A stretch of 64,000 nucleotides of DNA, taken from positions 3,393 through 67,392 of the forward strand of contig CAVZAM010000013.1 of NCBI GenBank assembly GCA_963773285.1, given 5' to 3'. Shown here piece by piece: positions 62,404-64,000 of the stretch (positions are counted from its first letter, which is position 1; each line of letters starts with the position of its first letter). The notes beneath the pieces are model-generated. The model was not told the DNA's origin and did no database searches. It was given only the letters and a program-made list of their open reading frames with translations. The DNA comes from an uncultured delta proteobacterium. GTDB lineage: Bacteria > Desulfobacterota > Desulfobaccia > Desulfobaccales > 0-14-0-80-60-11. A program made the position numbers and the translations under genes.

Positions 62404-63682
62404 TTATCGAGAGACTTTCGCATGATAAGGGATTATCGTGGGGGCATACTTAGTCTGATAATGATAACCGCTGCCGTTAAAGTCAGACTCCCGGACGTCA
62501 AAGGCAATGCCATTATCCCAATAGTCAAGGTCAATAACGTTGGGGACCCCCATCGCAAAGGAAAAGGCAAAACGGCCTGCGGTTAAAGGCAGGGGGCCGA
62601 TGGTGAAGGCAAGCTCCCGGGCCGACGGGGGCACGTCATCAGGCAGAAGGGTGTAGCTGGCCCCCCAGGCCACCCGGTTGCCGTACTCCAGGTCGTTCAG
62701 ATACCACTCCACGTAATGGCTTTGATGAGGCGGGGAGCCGTTCATGCCCAGGGTCAGGAGCAGGGTGTCCCCATAGTTGAACACCGTGGCGGGCTCGCCG
62801 GAGAGCCGGGCCAGGGAGACCCAGGAAAAATATTTCTGGGAAGGGGGCGGGTTCTGCCGCTCCACCCGGGCCAAACCTTGACCCTTCGGCCCCAGAAAAT
62901 CCGCCTCGTATTGATGCACCACCTCCCGGACCGGGCCCCTGGCCCTGACCCGGCCCTGGTCCAGCCACACGGCGCTCTGGCAGAGACGCCGGACACTGTT
63001 CATGTCGTGGCTGACGAAAAGCACCGTCCGCCCGGCCTGGGTCACGTCCTCCATCTTCCCCAGGCATTTCTTGTGGAAGCCCATGTCCCCCACGGCCAGC
63101 ACTTCGTCCACCAGGAGGATTTCGGGCTCCAGGTGGGCGGCCACGGCAAAGGCCAGGCGCGTACATGCCCGTGGAATAGTGCTTCACCGGCGTGTCCAGA
63201 AACTGCTCGATCTCGGCAAAGGCCACGATCGCGTCGAACTTGCGCTGGAACTCCCGGCGGCTCATCCCCAGGATGGCGCCGTTCAGAAAGATATTTTCCC
63301 GGCCGGTGAGTTCGGGGTGAAAGCCGGTGCCCACCTCCAGGAGGGACCCCACCCGGCCCCGATGGTCACCCGCCCCTCGGTGGGTTCGGTGATGCGGGAG
63401 AGAATTTTCAGGAGGGTGGTCTTGCCGGCGCCGTTCCTGCCGATGATGCCCACAATGTCCCCCTGGTTGATTTCCAGGGACACATCTTTCAGGGCCCAGA
63501 TGATATCCGGGGCGCCGGCGGCGGAAGGCGCGGCCTGGCATGCCTAGCCCCGGAAGTGGGTCCCCAGAAGCCCGGCGAGGCTTTCCCGCAGGGTGCGATA
63601 GTCCCCGTGACCGTCCCGAATGGTATTGCTTCCCCAGGTCGTGGACGGTGATGGCCATGGGAGGGGCGGTGGACATACGCAA
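62404..63682 (-). CDS. wzt: Polysaccharide ABC exporter ATP-binding protein (Wzt/TagH-like) with a C-terminal glycan-binding-type domain; apparent frameshifts
   Basis: Walker [17 protein letters not shown]-loop/ELTGRENI, signature YSTGM and Walker [13 protein letters not shown] are found in different frames. A ~150-aa extra C-terminal domain is present (62404-62850). Confidence 0.8.
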
Positions 63683-63712
63683 TCCTTATGACCAACCAGC
63701 AAAGATCACAGG

Positions 63713-64000
63713 TTAGACCACATCGGCAAAGGTCTTCTCCATGCGCCGGAAATAACAGGCCCACCCACCAGCAAGCCAGACTCACCAGGGCCGAGGCCAT
63801 GACCGGGCCCGGGGGCACCGGGTTTGCCCAGCAGGGCCCAGCGGAAGCCCTCCACCACGCCGACCATGGGGTTGAGGCCATAGAGCGTGCGCCAGGGCTC
63901 GGGCACCAGGCTGCTGGGGTAGGCGATGGGGGTGGCGAACATCCAGAACTGGGTGAGAAAGGGCACGGTATAGCGCACGTCCCGGTACTGGACGTTCAGG
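63713..64000 (-). CDS. wzm: ABC-2 type polysaccharide exporter permease (Wzm), C-terminal part, runs off the window
   Basis: FLTQFWMFATPIAYPSSLVPEPWRTLYGLNPMVGVVEGFRWALLG, then after a frame change YFRRMEKTFADVV* (TAA 63713-63715). Confidence 0.75.

Overview
High-GC bacterial chromosomal segment with no rRNA, tRNA, CRISPR array or transposase that I could recognise by eye. The gene content suggests an anaerobic Desulfobacterota/Thermodesulfobacteriota-like organism, but that is inference only. The supporting genes are a DVU0298-type HEAT protein, an AhbC/NirJ-like radical SAM enzyme, a class V FBP aldolase/phosphatase, a VPLPA/PEP-CTERM protein and dispersed G-rich palindromic repeats.

Layout:
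- 0-11 kb: housekeeping and stress genes (dnaJ, uvrB, a Rieske-FAD reductase, an aldo/keto reductase).
- 10.9-12.4 kb: a low-GC islet carrying a decayed PIN-toxin gene.
- 12.4-20.8 kb: a 4.19-kb block (cysS, PC4-like, SOD-like, HDAC-like, cold-shock protein) present twice in perfect head-to-tail tandem.
- 21-42 kb: mixed metabolism and DNA repair (AhbC-like rSAM, ClpX-like AAA+, a folate-related pair, hflX, hisB, FBP aldolase/phosphatase, a K+ channel, recJ, ssb).
- 42.9-64 kb: a large exopolysaccharide/O-antigen locus. It holds fcl, a priming transferase, several GT4/GT2/GT9 enzymes, an AsnB-type amidotransferase, two methyltransferases, a Wzy-like polymerase, Wzm/Wzt and a PEP-CTERM-type secreted protein.

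Most notable observations:
1. A MerB-like gene is interrupted by a single in-frame TGA at the position of the catalytic cysteine pair. A SECIS-like hairpin lies 12 nt downstream, making it a candidate selenoprotein.
2. The tandem duplication creates chimeric 3' ends on csp and cysS.
3. FBP aldolase/phosphatase is fused to a CggR/SorC-type sugar-phosphate sensor domain.
4. A family of G-run-rich palindromic intergenic repeats is present.
5. A perfect sigma-54 promoter lies upstream of the PEP-CTERM gene.

Caveat: roughly 30 conserved genes change reading frame mid-gene. I read this as consensus indel error, not true pseudogenisation. Coordinates of the affected genes are therefore envelopes.
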